A DNA stretch of 25,722 bases. It comes from a virus. Taxonomy: Duplodnaviria > Caudoviricetes. Shown piece by piece: positions 1-8,786 of the stretch. The stretch covers positions 1 through 25,722 of the IMG/VR virus record IMGVR_UViG_3300010052_000012; one strand, 5' to 3'. Below the pieces are notes generated by a model. It did not search any database, was not told the DNA's origin, and was given only the letters and a program-made list of their open reading frames with translations. The stretch's first letter is position 1; every line of letters begins with the position of its first letter. The translations under genes and the position numbers were made by a program.

Positions 1-2283
1 GGAACTGTCGAGGTCGGCCCGCCCCTCGATCTGCAGGCTGTTCCTCAGCTGATTGGCCAGTTGCTCAGCCTGGGTTTCTGCCTGGCTGGTGTCGAGCGTC
101 ACCGGGCCGGATGGCATAGGGCGAATGTCCGAGACACCACCGCGGGTGCGAGGCGCCTCATACGCTTTAGCTCGCCAATCGCCCGTAGGAACGATTATCT
201 CGCGCCGAGTTGGCGCTGCCGATGGCACATCGGGAGTGAGCGACCCCTTCAACTCTTTGAATTCTTGCCTGAGTTTCTCCCAACCCGTGCCTGGGGTGAG
301 ATTCTCATTCATCACCTCGGCTTGCAACGGCCGTTCGGCTGGTTTTGCAAACCAAGCGTCGCGTTCTGCTTTGGAAAAGCCCGAGAATGCGTCGTCGTCT
401 TTTCGACGAACAGACATTTCCTCTGCACGACGGCGCGCGCTAAGCTTTCGGTTGCGCTCCTCACGGCTGTCAAGCGGATCGACACCGGTGAGATTCCTAA
501 TCCAGTCAAGCGGTTCGCCCTTTTTCGGTTCGCGCTTGTTGTCAGCGACTTTTGGTCCATACTCTTTGATAGCGCCCATAATACCGAGAAGACCAGCAAA
601 AGGCGCGAGGAGCTTGAGCGACGTAGCCAGCGTTGAAACGCCGCCCGAGAACGCTGTGAGGCCGATACCTATGGCTGCCCAATCGACGACGCTCATCTTC
701 TCACCGCCGTCCGCGAGGGCGGAGAGACCATAAGCCATCATCCCGACGCGAGCGAAGCGCCCAAATGCCAGACCGACTGTCGCGCGAGCAACACCCTTCA
801 GGGCGACCGCGCCAAGCCCCAGCATCGCGATCGTTTCGAACGAAAGCGCGCTCCGCAGGCTCTTGAGATCGCCCGCGATGAGATTCGTGGCGCCGGACAT
901 ACCTCCGCCCTTCAGGGCTTCGATGCCGTCGCGAATGTTCGTGCCGATTTCACGCCAGCGAATGGAAGCCGCATGCATCTGTTGGGTGTCTTTGTCATAC
1001 TGTTCGATGCGGCCGAACAACCCGTCGCGCAGGCCGGCCCAGATCCCGGCCACCTCGCCCGCGCCCTCAAAGCCGAGCCCCTTCATGAGGCCGTCCACCT
1101 TGGCTTTGATCGTGTCGAACACGGTCACACGCTGGTTCAACGTGCCCAGTGTGTCGGCGAGATCCTTTGCCCAATTGCCGATTGCCGGCGCCACCAGGTC
1201 GCCGGCGGCGATGCCCAACGCCGAGACGTTGTTTTTCAGCAGCTGGATCTTCTTCGCAGCCGTGTCGCTCTTGTTGATGAATTCGGCCTGCACCGAATTC
1301 GCCACCTTTGCCGGATCCGCGACTGCCTCGAAAGCCTGACGCAGAAGGTCCGGGTTCGCGACGATCTTCGAGAAATCGTCGGAAAAGTCCTGCCCGACAA
1401 GATCCTGCAACGCGCGCAGACCCTTCTCCCCCTTCTTCGACGCGGCGTCGAAGAGCTGGACCAGCGCCTCGGGGCCGTTCTTGGCCTGCACCTTCCGCCA
1501 TTCCTTGAAACTCAGGCCGATCGTCTTGAAGGCGCGGTTCACCTTCGGTCCGCCCGCGACGATCTTGTTCGTGAACGCCGACAGGCCGCGCGCGGCGGTC
1601 TCCGGCGCGATCCCCGCGGATGCCATGGCCGAACCGACGGCCGCCAGTTGCCGCGGCAGCAGACGCAGGGTCGAGGCCGAGCCCGCCGCCCGGTTGACGA
1701 AATCCGTGATCTCATCGCCACTCGAGGCCATATTGTTGGACAAGAGATTGGCGGCGTTCGCCAGCTCCTCGAGGCCGGTCTGGTCGAGGCTGAAGACGTT
1801 CCGCAGCTTGGCGAAGCGATCGCCGGTCTCCGCCTCGCTCATGTCGAACGCGACCGCCGCCTTTGCCGTGAACTCGGTGAATTTCGGCAAGTCCTTCAGT
1901 GAGATGCCCGCCTGCCCCGCTGCCGACATGATGTCGGACAGCCCTTCGGCCGCGACCGGCAGCCGCTTCGACAGTCCGACGATCTCGCTGCGCAGCCGCG
2001 CCACCTCTGCCGGAGAGCCCTCAACCACCTTGCGCACCTCGGCGAACTTCTCCTCGAAAGCCATCGAGGCGCCGATGGTGCTCCTGAAGGTTTCCCGCAA
2101 CCCGAAATAGGCGCCGGTCGCCGCGAAGATGTTGCGGAACTGCCCGAAGCCGGGGCCTAAAATCGTGTTGTTGAAGGCCACGGAATCTCGGCGGAAGCCC
2201 GACATAAGGTTGCGCAGGCCGCGCAGGGGACCGCTGGCGCGGTCTTGCGCGCTGACGACAAGCTCGCTGGAAAGTCTGCCCAT
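1..2283 (-). CDS. Tail tape measure protein (TP901/PhageMin_Tail type), cut off at the window edge
   Basis: Not in the ORF track because there is no stop in the window. ATG at 2283 gives MGRLSSELVVSAQDRASGPLR...ASMAFEEKFAEVRKVVEGS...LSKRLPVAAEGLSDIMSAAGQAG, a typical tape measure core. The frame was checked by hand as open over 1-660. It directly follows the tail chaperone. Confidence 0.93.
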   Translation of the reverse strand, partial: MGRLSSELVVSAQDRASGPLRGLRNLMSGFRRDSVAFNNTILGPGFGQFRNIFAATGAYFGLRETFRSTIGASMAFEEKFAEVRKVVEGSPAEVARLRSEIVGLSKRLPVAAEGLSDIMSAAGQAGISLKDLPKFTEFTAKAAVAFDMSEAETGDRFAKLRNVFSLDQTGLEELANAANLLSNNMASSGDEITDFVNRAAGSASTLRLLPRQLAAVGSAMASAGIAPETAARGLSAFTNKIVAGGPKVNRAFKTIGLSFKEWRKVQAKNGPEALVQLFDAASKKGEKGLRALQDLVGQDFSDDFSKIVANPDLLRQAFEAVADPAKVANSVQAEFINKSDTAAKKIQLLKNNVSALGIAAGDLVAPAIGNWAKDLADTLGTLNQRVTVFDTIKAKVDGLMKGLGFEGAGEVAGIWAGLRDGLFGRIEQYDKDTQQMHAASIRWREIGTNIRDGIEALKGGGMSGATNLIAGDLKSLRSALSFETIAMLGLGAVALKGVARATVGLAFGRFARVGMMAYGLSALADGGEKMSVVDWAAIGIGLTAFSGGVSTLATSLKLLAPFAGLLGIMGAIKEYGPKVADNKREPKKGEPLDWIRNLTGVDPLDSREERNRKLSARRRAEEMSVRRKDDDAFSGFSKAERDAWFAKPAERPLQAEVMNENLTPGTGWEKLRQEFKELKGSLTPDVPSAAPTRREIIVPTGDWRAKAYEAPRTRGGVSDIRPMPSGPVTLDTSQAETQAEQLANQLRNSLQIEGRADLDSS

Positions 2284-2286
2284 GGT

Positions 2287-2690
2287 TCATCTTTCTCGGC
2301 CGCGGCGACCGGAGGTGAGAACGACGCCCCACATGAGCATCTCGTTCGGGTCCATGTTGGAAAGGGCGTCGAGCCCCGTTGATGTTTCGCGCGAGATCAG
2401 GACGGCGAGACGTCCCCATCCGCGCTTTTGGCGTTTCCCTCGAGGATGCCGATCGTCTTGGCGACCTTTTTGAAATCGGCGGTATCGATCTCCTGCACCA
2501 GGTCGAGCGCGACGCCGGCCAGCGACGCGGCCAGCGCGGCGCCGAAGGCCTGATCCCCGCTACTGCCGTACTGTTCGGCAAAGACAAGGTCTCTGACCTT
2601 CGGCCGGCGCGTGAAGGTCAGGCTGGTAAGTTTCCCCTCCCCGTCGCCGAGCGGAACGGGATAATCGAGGGTAACAACGATAGGGTCCAT
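2287..2690 (-). CDS. Extended tail chaperone (gpE+E'-like) made by a programmed -1 frameshift
   Basis: G GGA AAC at 2439-2433. The -1 frame reads GKRQKRGWGRLAVLISRETSTGLDALSNMDPNEMLMWGVVLTSGRRGRER* and stops at 2287, 3 nt before the tape measure ATG. Confidence 0.8.
2397..2690 (-). CDS. Tail assembly chaperone (P2 gpE / Mu gp41-like TAC)
   Basis: 97 aa with VTLDYPV...LTFTRRPKVRDL and a slippery site near its end; lies between tube and tape measure genes. Confidence 0.88.
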   Translation of the reverse strand: MDPIVVTLDYPVPLGDGEGKLTSLTFTRRPKVRDLVFAEQYGSSGDQAFGAALAASLAGVALDLVQEIDTADFKKVAKTIGILEGNAKSADGDVSPS

Positions 2691-2737
2691 GGTGAGGCTC
2701 CGAAAGACAATGATGGGCGGGTTGTGGAGGAAGCGGG

Positions 2738-3250
2738 TCAGGCGCCGAGCGCGAGGCGATCCGCAGCGAAAAGGTCGACGCCGTTGCGGCGAATGATCCG
2801 CTCGTCATTGTCGATGTACCAGAGCTCCTTGCCATTGAGGTGCAACTCGAAATGCGTCACCTCCTTGAAAGAGTGGTTGCAGCCGACAAACTCCGTAGGG
2901 TCGGCCTCATCGGGCTCCCACTCCGCGATCGCACCTTCGATGACGCCGCGCACAGGCTCGGGCAGGTTCGTCTTTTTGTTGCGCATGGACGCGGCAAACA
3001 CCCAACTGTCACGCTCGCCGAAGCCTGTGAAGACATCGGTGTCGAAACCCTTAGTCTCCATCGCGGGTTCGAGCGGCTCGATCCGAGGCTGCAGATAGTC
3101 CACCCCCATCACGCCACCGCCCGGGCTGTGGTTCACGTTGACAAACTTGATGGCGGGAATGACGAGCTTCGAGATCGTCAGTGCGCGGGATGTTCCCGTC
3201 TGCGTGGCGCGGCGCACGTCGACGGCGGTCAGAAGGTAAAGCGGCTGCAT
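2738..3250 (-). CDS. Major tail tube protein (P2 FII-like)
   Basis: 170 aa with HSPGGGVMGVDY and a C-terminal YIDNDERIIRRNGVDLFA...ALG typical of the Phage_tube family; directly follows the sheath gene. Confidence 0.88.
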   Translation of the reverse strand: MQPLYLLTAVDVRRATQTGTSRALTISKLVIPAIKFVNVNHSPGGGVMGVDYLQPRIEPLEPAMETKGFDTDVFTGFGERDSWVFAASMRNKKTNLPEPVRGVIEGAIAEWEPDEADPTEFVGCNHSFKEVTHFELHLNGKELWYIDNDERIIRRNGVDLFAADRLALGA

Positions 3251-3301
3251 GGAGATGTTCCCCTTTTGCGAGGTCAGGAATGAAGTGAGGTCGAAAGCGC
3301 G

Positions 3302-4552
3302 TCAGACGACGCTGGTGAGCCGCGCGAGGATCTCGTTGACGAAACCCTCGACGGCCGGGCGGTAGCGGCGAATTTCGTGGTTCGCGAGTTTGAAGGCAGG
3401 CGCCGGCTCGATACCCAGGTTGACGGTCAAGTGACCGAGACGGATGCTCTCGGGACTATTGCGATCGCGCCGGAACATCTCCGCCTTCGGCGAATAGCCA
3501 AGAATGTCGCCGGCTGCCTTGTGATCGCGCAGCATGAAAGCAATCGAATTGATCCACGCCTCGACCAAGTCGACCGTTTCCTTCTTGCCCAGGAACTGCC
3601 GGGTGATCTGCATCAACTTCACGACGATGTAATCGGCGCCACGCACCTGATGGATCTGCTTCCAGAGCTCGCCGGTCTCGGCGTTGTCCGTTCCGATGAA
3701 AACGAAACCGCCATCGGCGATCGCGCCGTCAACGCCGGTTTCACCCGGCACGATGATCGACACCTCGCTCTCGAGCATCTGCTGCCCTTCGGTGGAACCG
3801 TCGAGCAGGGAGAACGGCAGCGCCCGCGAGAGACCGGCTATGCCACGGATGGGCAGGTTGGCGATCGGGTCGAACGGCTTCCCCAGATGCTCGTTGTCGG
3901 TGCGCATGAAGAGGCCAAGGACGCGCGGTCCGGCAGGACGCGTCACGAGGTTGACGCCCTCGAAGACCTTGACGCCGATGCCGATCGGCATCAGCCGCTG
4001 GGAATTCATCGTCTCGCGGGCGTCGATCGCGTTGGCCGACGAAGTCGGATCGACGTCGACAGGCGCCACGGCCAGCAGCGTTTCGGTTGCTGGCCCAAGG
4101 GCCACGACCACAGGATTTGCCGTGTTCATGTCGGGCCGCCAGGCTGTGCGGCCGGCCCAAACGAGCCTCGGCGTCATGTTGGCGCGGGACGGGATCGTCG
4201 CCGCCCGCTCCAGCGCCTCGGCAATGTTCGCCGAGGTCTCGGCAAGAGCGTCCTCGGCGTCAGCTTCCTCGCTCTCCGCGACACGGCTGATCACAAGATC
4301 TGCACCCCGGTTGACGCCGGCCAATTGCGCGTTGACAGCACGGACGGCGTCAGCGAGCGGACCCGTTCCGAGTTTCGCGAAGGCGACCGGATCAGACGAC
4401 GAAATCCGCACGTCCGATCCAATGGGATACATGGCGTTGTCGGCGTCATCGGAGGTCTCGATAATCCAACCCTTGGAGAAGTCGGACCCGATTACGGGGA
4501 CCGGCTCATCGTTCGGCCGGGAAAACTGCATGCCAAAAGTTGGGGTCGTCAT
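3302..4552 (-). CDS. Contractile tail sheath protein (P2 FI-like)
   Basis: Start reassigned to ATG 4552 (MTTPTFGMQF, AAGGA RBS), giving 416 aa. The C-terminal NSPESIRLGHLTVNLGIEPAPAF is a sheath motif. Confidence 0.9.
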   Translation of the reverse strand: MTTPTFGMQFSRPNDEPVPVIGSDFSKGWIIETSDDADNAMYPIGSDVRISSSDPVAFAKLGTGPLADAVRAVNAQLAGVNRGADLVISRVAESEEADAEDALAETSANIAEALERAATIPSRANMTPRLVWAGRTAWRPDMNTANPVVVALGPATETLLAVAPVDVDPTSSANAIDARETMNSQRLMPIGIGVKVFEGVNLVTRPAGPRVLGLFMRTDNEHLGKPFDPIANLPIRGIAGLSRALPFSLLDGSTEGQQMLESEVSIIVPGETGVDGAIADGGFVFIGTDNAETGELWKQIHQVRGADYIVVKLMQITRQFLGKKETVDLVEAWINSIAFMLRDHKAAGDILGYSPKAEMFRRDRNSPESIRLGHLTVNLGIEPAPAFKLANHEIRRYRPAVEGFVNEILARLTSVV

Positions 4553-4576
4553 GGGCCGGTTCCTTGCGTTGGGGCC

Positions 4577-4611
4577 AAAGAAAAACCCGCCGCGGGGAAG
4601 CCCGGGCGGGT
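4577..4611 (-). terminator. Rho-independent terminator between the fibre module and the sheath gene
   Basis: Minus strand ACCCGCC-CGGGCTTCCCCGC-GGCGGGT followed by TTTTCTTT. Confidence 0.7.
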
Positions 4612-4634
4612 CGTGAAAGTTCAGTTTGGAATGC

Positions 4635-5309
4635 TTACAGAGCGCTCGCCTGCAGGAAGAGCGCGTCGATCTGTTCGTCCGTAAGCCCAAGCGCTACGGC
4701 AAGCGACGCGACAAGCGGATGATCGCGGTTCAGCGCGGTGGCAAACTCCCACTCGATCTTGGCGGCCGACTTATTCGGCTCCGGCAGGGCATCAAACGCC
4801 GCCTCGACCTGGGCGAGCAGGCCGGCGCCGAGCAGGGCAAGCCGCGCCTGGCGCATTGTCACGCTGTCGATCACGATCGGGACCGGCGCATTGGCCGCGT
4901 CGCGCAATGCCTGCGCGTCAGCCGCCGTGACCGGCGTCCACCCATCACTCAGCATGTAGCGGGCGGTGTCGCCTTCGGGCAGATCGGCGGGTGGCTCGGC
5001 ATCCACCCAGCCGAGCGGCAAGGCGTCGAAGTCGCCGATCGCGCGGGTTGCTCCGGTCCAGAGCCCGGCATTGTCCACCTGGCAGATGGTTCGCGATAGA
5101 TTGATGCCTGCCGCGTTGCGTATCGCCTGGGCAGTCAGGGTATCGTAGCATTCCCAGCCCAAGGGGCCGTGGCGCGCCTCAAAGCCCTCCGGCAGTTCTT
5201 CAGGCGGCATGGCGATGACCCAACCGACCGGCAGCGGGTCTCCCTCGCCGAGCTCGGCCGTCAGGCCGGTCCAGAAGTTGCCGGCGTCCAATTCGCAAAT
5301 GATTTGCAT
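4635..5309 (-). CDS. Probable tail fibre assembly/chaperone protein with a duplicated N-terminal domain
   Basis: ATG 5309 overlaps the upstream TGA. Two ~55-aa repeats are followed by SVTMRQARLALL...EWEFAT...LGLTDEQIDALF, a domain often found after phage fibre genes. Confidence 0.65.
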   Translation of the reverse strand: MQIICELDAGNFWTGLTAELGEGDPLPVGWVIAMPPEELPEGFEARHGPLGWECYDTLTAQAIRNAAGINLSRTICQVDNAGLWTGATRAIGDFDALPLGWVDAEPPADLPEGDTARYMLSDGWTPVTAADAQALRDAANAPVPIVIDSVTMRQARLALLGAGLLAQVEAAFDALPEPNKSAAKIEWEFATALNRDHPLVASLAVALGLTDEQIDALFLQASAL

Positions 5310-6583
5310 CAAAGCACCCTGACGATCTGCTTTTTGCCGGCATCGGACGGCGGCAGCGCGAACTGGGTCACGTAGGAGTAGACCGCCACCATGCCGCCCA
5401 CCGTGCTAAAGCCGCTCGGCGAGCCTATCCAGACATGGCCGCTCGGGTCACCGTGAGGCGAGACGTTGGCGCCCAGCGCGAAGGGAAAGAGCGATGCGAC
5501 CATGGTGTAGTAGGTCGCGAAGTTGTCCTCGGTGACATAGACCACGTTGTTTGTCGCATCCGTCAGAAAGATACGTGCGCCGTCAAAAAACATCCGGTCA
5601 AACGCCGGCATGCCGACCGGCTTCACATTGGCCCAGTTAACACCGTCCGACGAGCGGAAGATGCCGCCATTGTTGACGCGTCTTCCCCAGGCATAGAGGA
5701 ACGATCCGAAGCGCCGGATATATTCGAGGCTGTCGGCCGCGAGCGTCGTCGCCAGCCGCTGCGTCCAAGTGTTCGCGAGGCCGGTGGGCGACGTGTAGAT
5801 ATAGCCGCCTGTGCAGACCAAGATGAAGAGGTTGAGCGTGTTGTCGTAGAAAACATCCTGTGGAGTGCCGTTCGGGATGCCGCTTGCTCCGGCGAGATAG
5901 TTGCCCCAGCCGCTTGCAGGATTGGCAGTCGCATTGGTGTAGACGGTCCCGGCCGTGGCTGACAGGGCGACCCAGCGATTGCCCCCGCCTGCAATGGCGA
6001 TCGGCTGCACGGCGCCGCTGATCCCGCCCGCATATTGCGCGAACGTCGTTCCGTCTGCCGACGTGAAGAGCTGCTCTCCTGCGGTCGTAGAGTATCGCAA
6101 GGCGGCATAGTAACCATTGGCGAACGCCATCTGGTTCACTTTGTTGTTCGGGTGGTTGAGGATGCCGGCGTAGCCGCTTACCCCCGTTGCGCCCGGGCGG
6201 GCATAGGCACCGGTTATGCCGCCGAGTTCGTAGAGCCCTGCCTGAGTGCCGCCCTGCATGCCTGTGTAGGTCCGGCCATTCACGGTCGCGAAGACGGTCG
6301 GACTGTTGCCGCCCTGATCTGCCGTCAACTGGGTCAGCGTCGGGCCTGTCAGGAAATACTGATGGCCGAGCTGGGTGAAGAGATCGGGATATGAGGCACG
6401 CGCGAGGATCGAACGATCGGCCGCCTTCCAGCGCCACGAGAGCGCGGGAAGGTTCGCCTTGTATTCGACAATGCCGCCGATCGGCGGAAGCGCCGACAGC
6501 CCGTCATAGGCCTGGATGAGCTGCTCAACATACTCAGGAGGCATCAGGCCCGCGCGCTCGCGGTTGGCAAGCATTAGGGTCAT
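5309..6583 (-). CDS. Tail collar-domain protein with an Asp-box (BNR) beta-propeller; candidate receptor-binding protein
   Basis: Start reassigned to ATG 6583 (ATGA overlap), giving 424 aa. Collar motif PIGGIVEY...ASYPDLFTQLG; Asp-box-like TSADGTTF, TSPTGLANTW, RSSDGVNW and VTEDNFAT. Confidence 0.75.
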   Translation of the reverse strand: MTLMLANRERAGLMPPEYVEQLIQAYDGLSALPPIGGIVEYKANLPALSWRWKAADRSILARASYPDLFTQLGHQYFLTGPTLTQLTADQGGNSPTVFATVNGRTYTGMQGGTQAGLYELGGITGAYARPGATGVSGYAGILNHPNNKVNQMAFANGYYAALRYSTTAGEQLFTSADGTTFAQYAGGISGAVQPIAIAGGGNRWVALSATAGTVYTNATANPASGWGNYLAGASGIPNGTPQDVFYDNTLNLFILVCTGGYIYTSPTGLANTWTQRLATTLAADSLEYIRRFGSFLYAWGRRVNNGGIFRSSDGVNWANVKPVGMPAFDRMFFDGARIFLTDATNNVVYVTEDNFATYYTMVASLFPFALGANVSPHGDPSGHVWIGSPSGFSTVGGMVAVYSYVTQFALPPSDAGKKQIVRVL

Positions 6584-8601
6584 AGCGCGGTTGCCTCCTG
6601 AAGCATGGCGGTCGGAACAAGCGAGATCGCCCGGCCGAGAGCGAAGCGGCGAAGGGTCCCAGTGAACTGCGCGTTGCCGGCCTGGTTGGCGCCGAGGCGC
6701 AGCCCGGTGAAGTAGGCCGGCACGTTGCCGCCATTCGTGGTCAGCGGCACGCCGCCATTGAGGGCGGCTTCCAGCAACCCATCCGCGAACTTGATTGCTA
6801 GGCGGAACGTGGTCCAGTCCGCCACGGCGCCGAGATTGAGGCTCATGACGTTTACGCCGCCCAGGTTGACGAAGACGAGTAGCGCATTGTCGGATCGCTG
6901 GCGGTAGCAGATGACGCGGTTGTTTGCCGTGCCATCGTGCAGAGCAAAGACGCACTGGTTGGTCGTGCCGGTATTGAGCGGCGGCCGGAACATCCCCTCT
7001 ACGAAGATCACGCCGGTTCGCGTGGAGACCGCGGCGAAGTCGGCGCCGTTGAGAAGCATGACATCTACGGCGCGGGTTACCGGAGCGCCACTCGTCGGGA
7101 TGTAGGAAGAGGCAGCGATCTTGCCCGGCTCTACCTGCATGCCCCAGAAGTAGGGAAGGCTCCCAGCTGTACCCTCGATGTCAATGCGTGAGCTTGCGGT
7201 GAACACTCCGCTCAATACCGGGCGGGGCAGGACTTGCATCGTGAACCGATACCAGCCGTTCGGATAAGCCGTCGTTGTAATGTTTTTGAAGAAAGTCTGG
7301 TCGGGGTTGTTGCCATCGAAATTGGCGCTGAGGATGCCAACGTCCTGAACCCCACCGCCATCGATCTGTTGCCACACCTGAACGCGAGCAAAAATCTCAG
7401 CGCCTGTCCGTTTCGCCGCGAAGAAAGACAGTGCGAGGGACGAAGCGTTGAGGCCGTCGAAAGTCTTCAGGGTTTCACCTGAACCAGCCGGATAGTAGCA
7501 GCCGAGGTTGCCGGCCGGATTGGCCTTCGCCATGTCCAGCGTCATGGCCGCACCGCCCCAGCCGTTGCCAGCTGTGAAGGCTTCCGAATGATCAATCGCA
7601 TTCGTGGACGCTTCTTCAAGGAGCGCGCCCGCGACCATTGCCGAGCGGTGTTCAATGCGCAGGCCATGGCTCGGCGCGATCAGGCTCCGCGCATCGGTGA
7701 AGGTGCCGAGCGTGCCGCGCGCGAAATTGTTGTAGCGAATGGCCTGCGGGGAGCTGAAGTTGTAATCGATAATCGGGTCGATGCCCAGCCGAGCGACGGG
7801 GTCGCGAAGGGTGCGCGCGTAAAGCCGATCGGCGGTCGAACTGTTCGCAATGCTCGTCGCGACGCCGGCCAGGAGCGCGTCGCTCTGAACCTTCGTGTAG
7901 AAATTCGCCGGATTGAACGTGGCGGCCGCCTGCGCGTGACCCTCGGCCAATTCCGCCGCGCTGAGCGCGTCAAGCCGCGCCTGCAGCACGTCCAGCCTCG
8001 CCTGGATGACAATGGCTTTGTCGGCGTGGACGGTCTGCTGGTCGGCGCCGACTGCCTCGCGAAGTTCGCGGATCTCCGCGAGAGCATGCGCGGCCGCGAG
8101 GGTCGTGCCGGCCGTCGCGGTCAATGTCAGGTCGGAGTGGGGGCCAGGCGCGCCAAACGCGGCGACCACTTCGCCGACGAATTCGCCAATCTCCACCACC
8201 CAGCTGATCTTGCGGCAGACAGCGATATCTTCGAAGTCCGCAGCACGGGTAATCACGACATATTCTGAGGGCGTGAAAAGATCGCGTTCCGCGCCCTCCG
8301 GCACAATGAGGGTCAGAATGTTGCCATCGGCGAATTCGGCCGGCGTGGTCGAGTGCGCAACAAGGAAGCCCATCGCGGTGACATCGAGCACCTTCTGGAT
8401 AGCCGGCGTCAGCGTCTCGTTGATGCGATCCAGCAGGACGCCGCGCATCGACTTTTCGACTTCCTCGAAGTCAGCCTTCTTGGCTTCAACGGGCGTCAGG
8501 CGTCCTTCGATCTGATCGAGCAGCTTGCCGAATGTCGGGAGATCGAGCTGTGTCGACCCCGACAGACCGATGGCCTCACGAAGCGATTTTCTCGTAGCCA
8601 T
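6580..8601 (-). CDS. Tail fibre/spike protein: N-terminal attachment region, coiled coil, carbohydrate-binding and LamG/ConA-like C-terminal domains
   Basis: 673 aa with an Ala-rich coil and FYTKVQSD linker, GALLEEASTN...YPNGWYRF...WGMQVEPG..SSYIPTSGAPVTRAVD, and a C-terminal LRLGANQAGNAQFTGTLRRF. Confidence 0.72.
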   Translation of the reverse strand: MATRKSLREAIGLSGSTQLDLPTFGKLLDQIEGRLTPVEAKKADFEEVEKSMRGVLLDRINETLTPAIQKVLDVTAMGFLVAHSTTPAEFADGNILTLIVPEGAERDLFTPSEYVVITRAADFEDIAVCRKISWVVEIGEFVGEVVAAFGAPGPHSDLTLTATAGTTLAAAHALAEIRELREAVGADQQTVHADKAIVIQARLDVLQARLDALSAAELAEGHAQAAATFNPANFYTKVQSDALLAGVATSIANSSTADRLYARTLRDPVARLGIDPIIDYNFSSPQAIRYNNFARGTLGTFTDARSLIAPSHGLRIEHRSAMVAGALLEEASTNAIDHSEAFTAGNGWGGAAMTLDMAKANPAGNLGCYYPAGSGETLKTFDGLNASSLALSFFAAKRTGAEIFARVQVWQQIDGGGVQDVGILSANFDGNNPDQTFFKNITTTAYPNGWYRFTMQVLPRPVLSGVFTASSRIDIEGTAGSLPYFWGMQVEPGKIAASSYIPTSGAPVTRAVDVMLLNGADFAAVSTRTGVIFVEGMFRPPLNTGTTNQCVFALHDGTANNRVICYRQRSDNALLVFVNLGGVNVMSLNLGAVADWTTFRLAIKFADGLLEAALNGGVPLTTNGGNVPAYFTGLRLGANQAGNAQFTGTLRRFALGRAISLVPTAMLQEATAL

Positions 8602-8767
8602 CCACGTCTTCCAGATGTTCCTTGAGGCGGAGACCCTTCAGGGTCACGTCCGTACCCGGCCGCGCCCAGCTGTTGCTGCGCCCGAGCTTTATCGGCCGTT
8701 TCAGCGACACTGAGTATTCGGCATCATCCTCGATATCGGACGCTGCCGTGGTCTTGCGTTTTGCCAT
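8576..8767 (-). CDS. Small hypothetical tail-associated protein
   Basis: 63 aa with a GGAGAAGG RBS upstream; fills the gap between two fibre-module genes. Confidence 0.65.
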   Translation of the reverse strand: MAKRKTTAASDIEDDAEYSVSLKRPIKLGRSNSWARPGTDVTLKGLRLKEHLEDVDGYEKIAS

Positions 8768-8786
8768 TGTCCTTCTCCATAACGTG

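Noticed and set aside
2021-2587. 188-aa minus-strand ORF bridging the chaperone and tape measure genes
   Set aside because: Low-complexity Arg/Pro-rich translation in a third frame. The -1 frame extension and the tape measure frame already explain the region.
6584-6955. Longer N-termini given by the ORF track (6955, 4690, 13434, 23343, 20711, 15849)
   Set aside because: They overlap upstream genes, a terminator or the cos site, or lack the better RBS. Downstream ATGs have RBSs or coupled stops.
4635-8601. Diversity-generating retroelement or invertible fibre cassette
   Set aside because: No reverse transcriptase or invertase, no inverted partial fibre gene, and no near-identical repeat differing only at adenines was seen. 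The 213-nt-offset repeat is an old in-frame duplication. Parts outside the window cannot be excluded.
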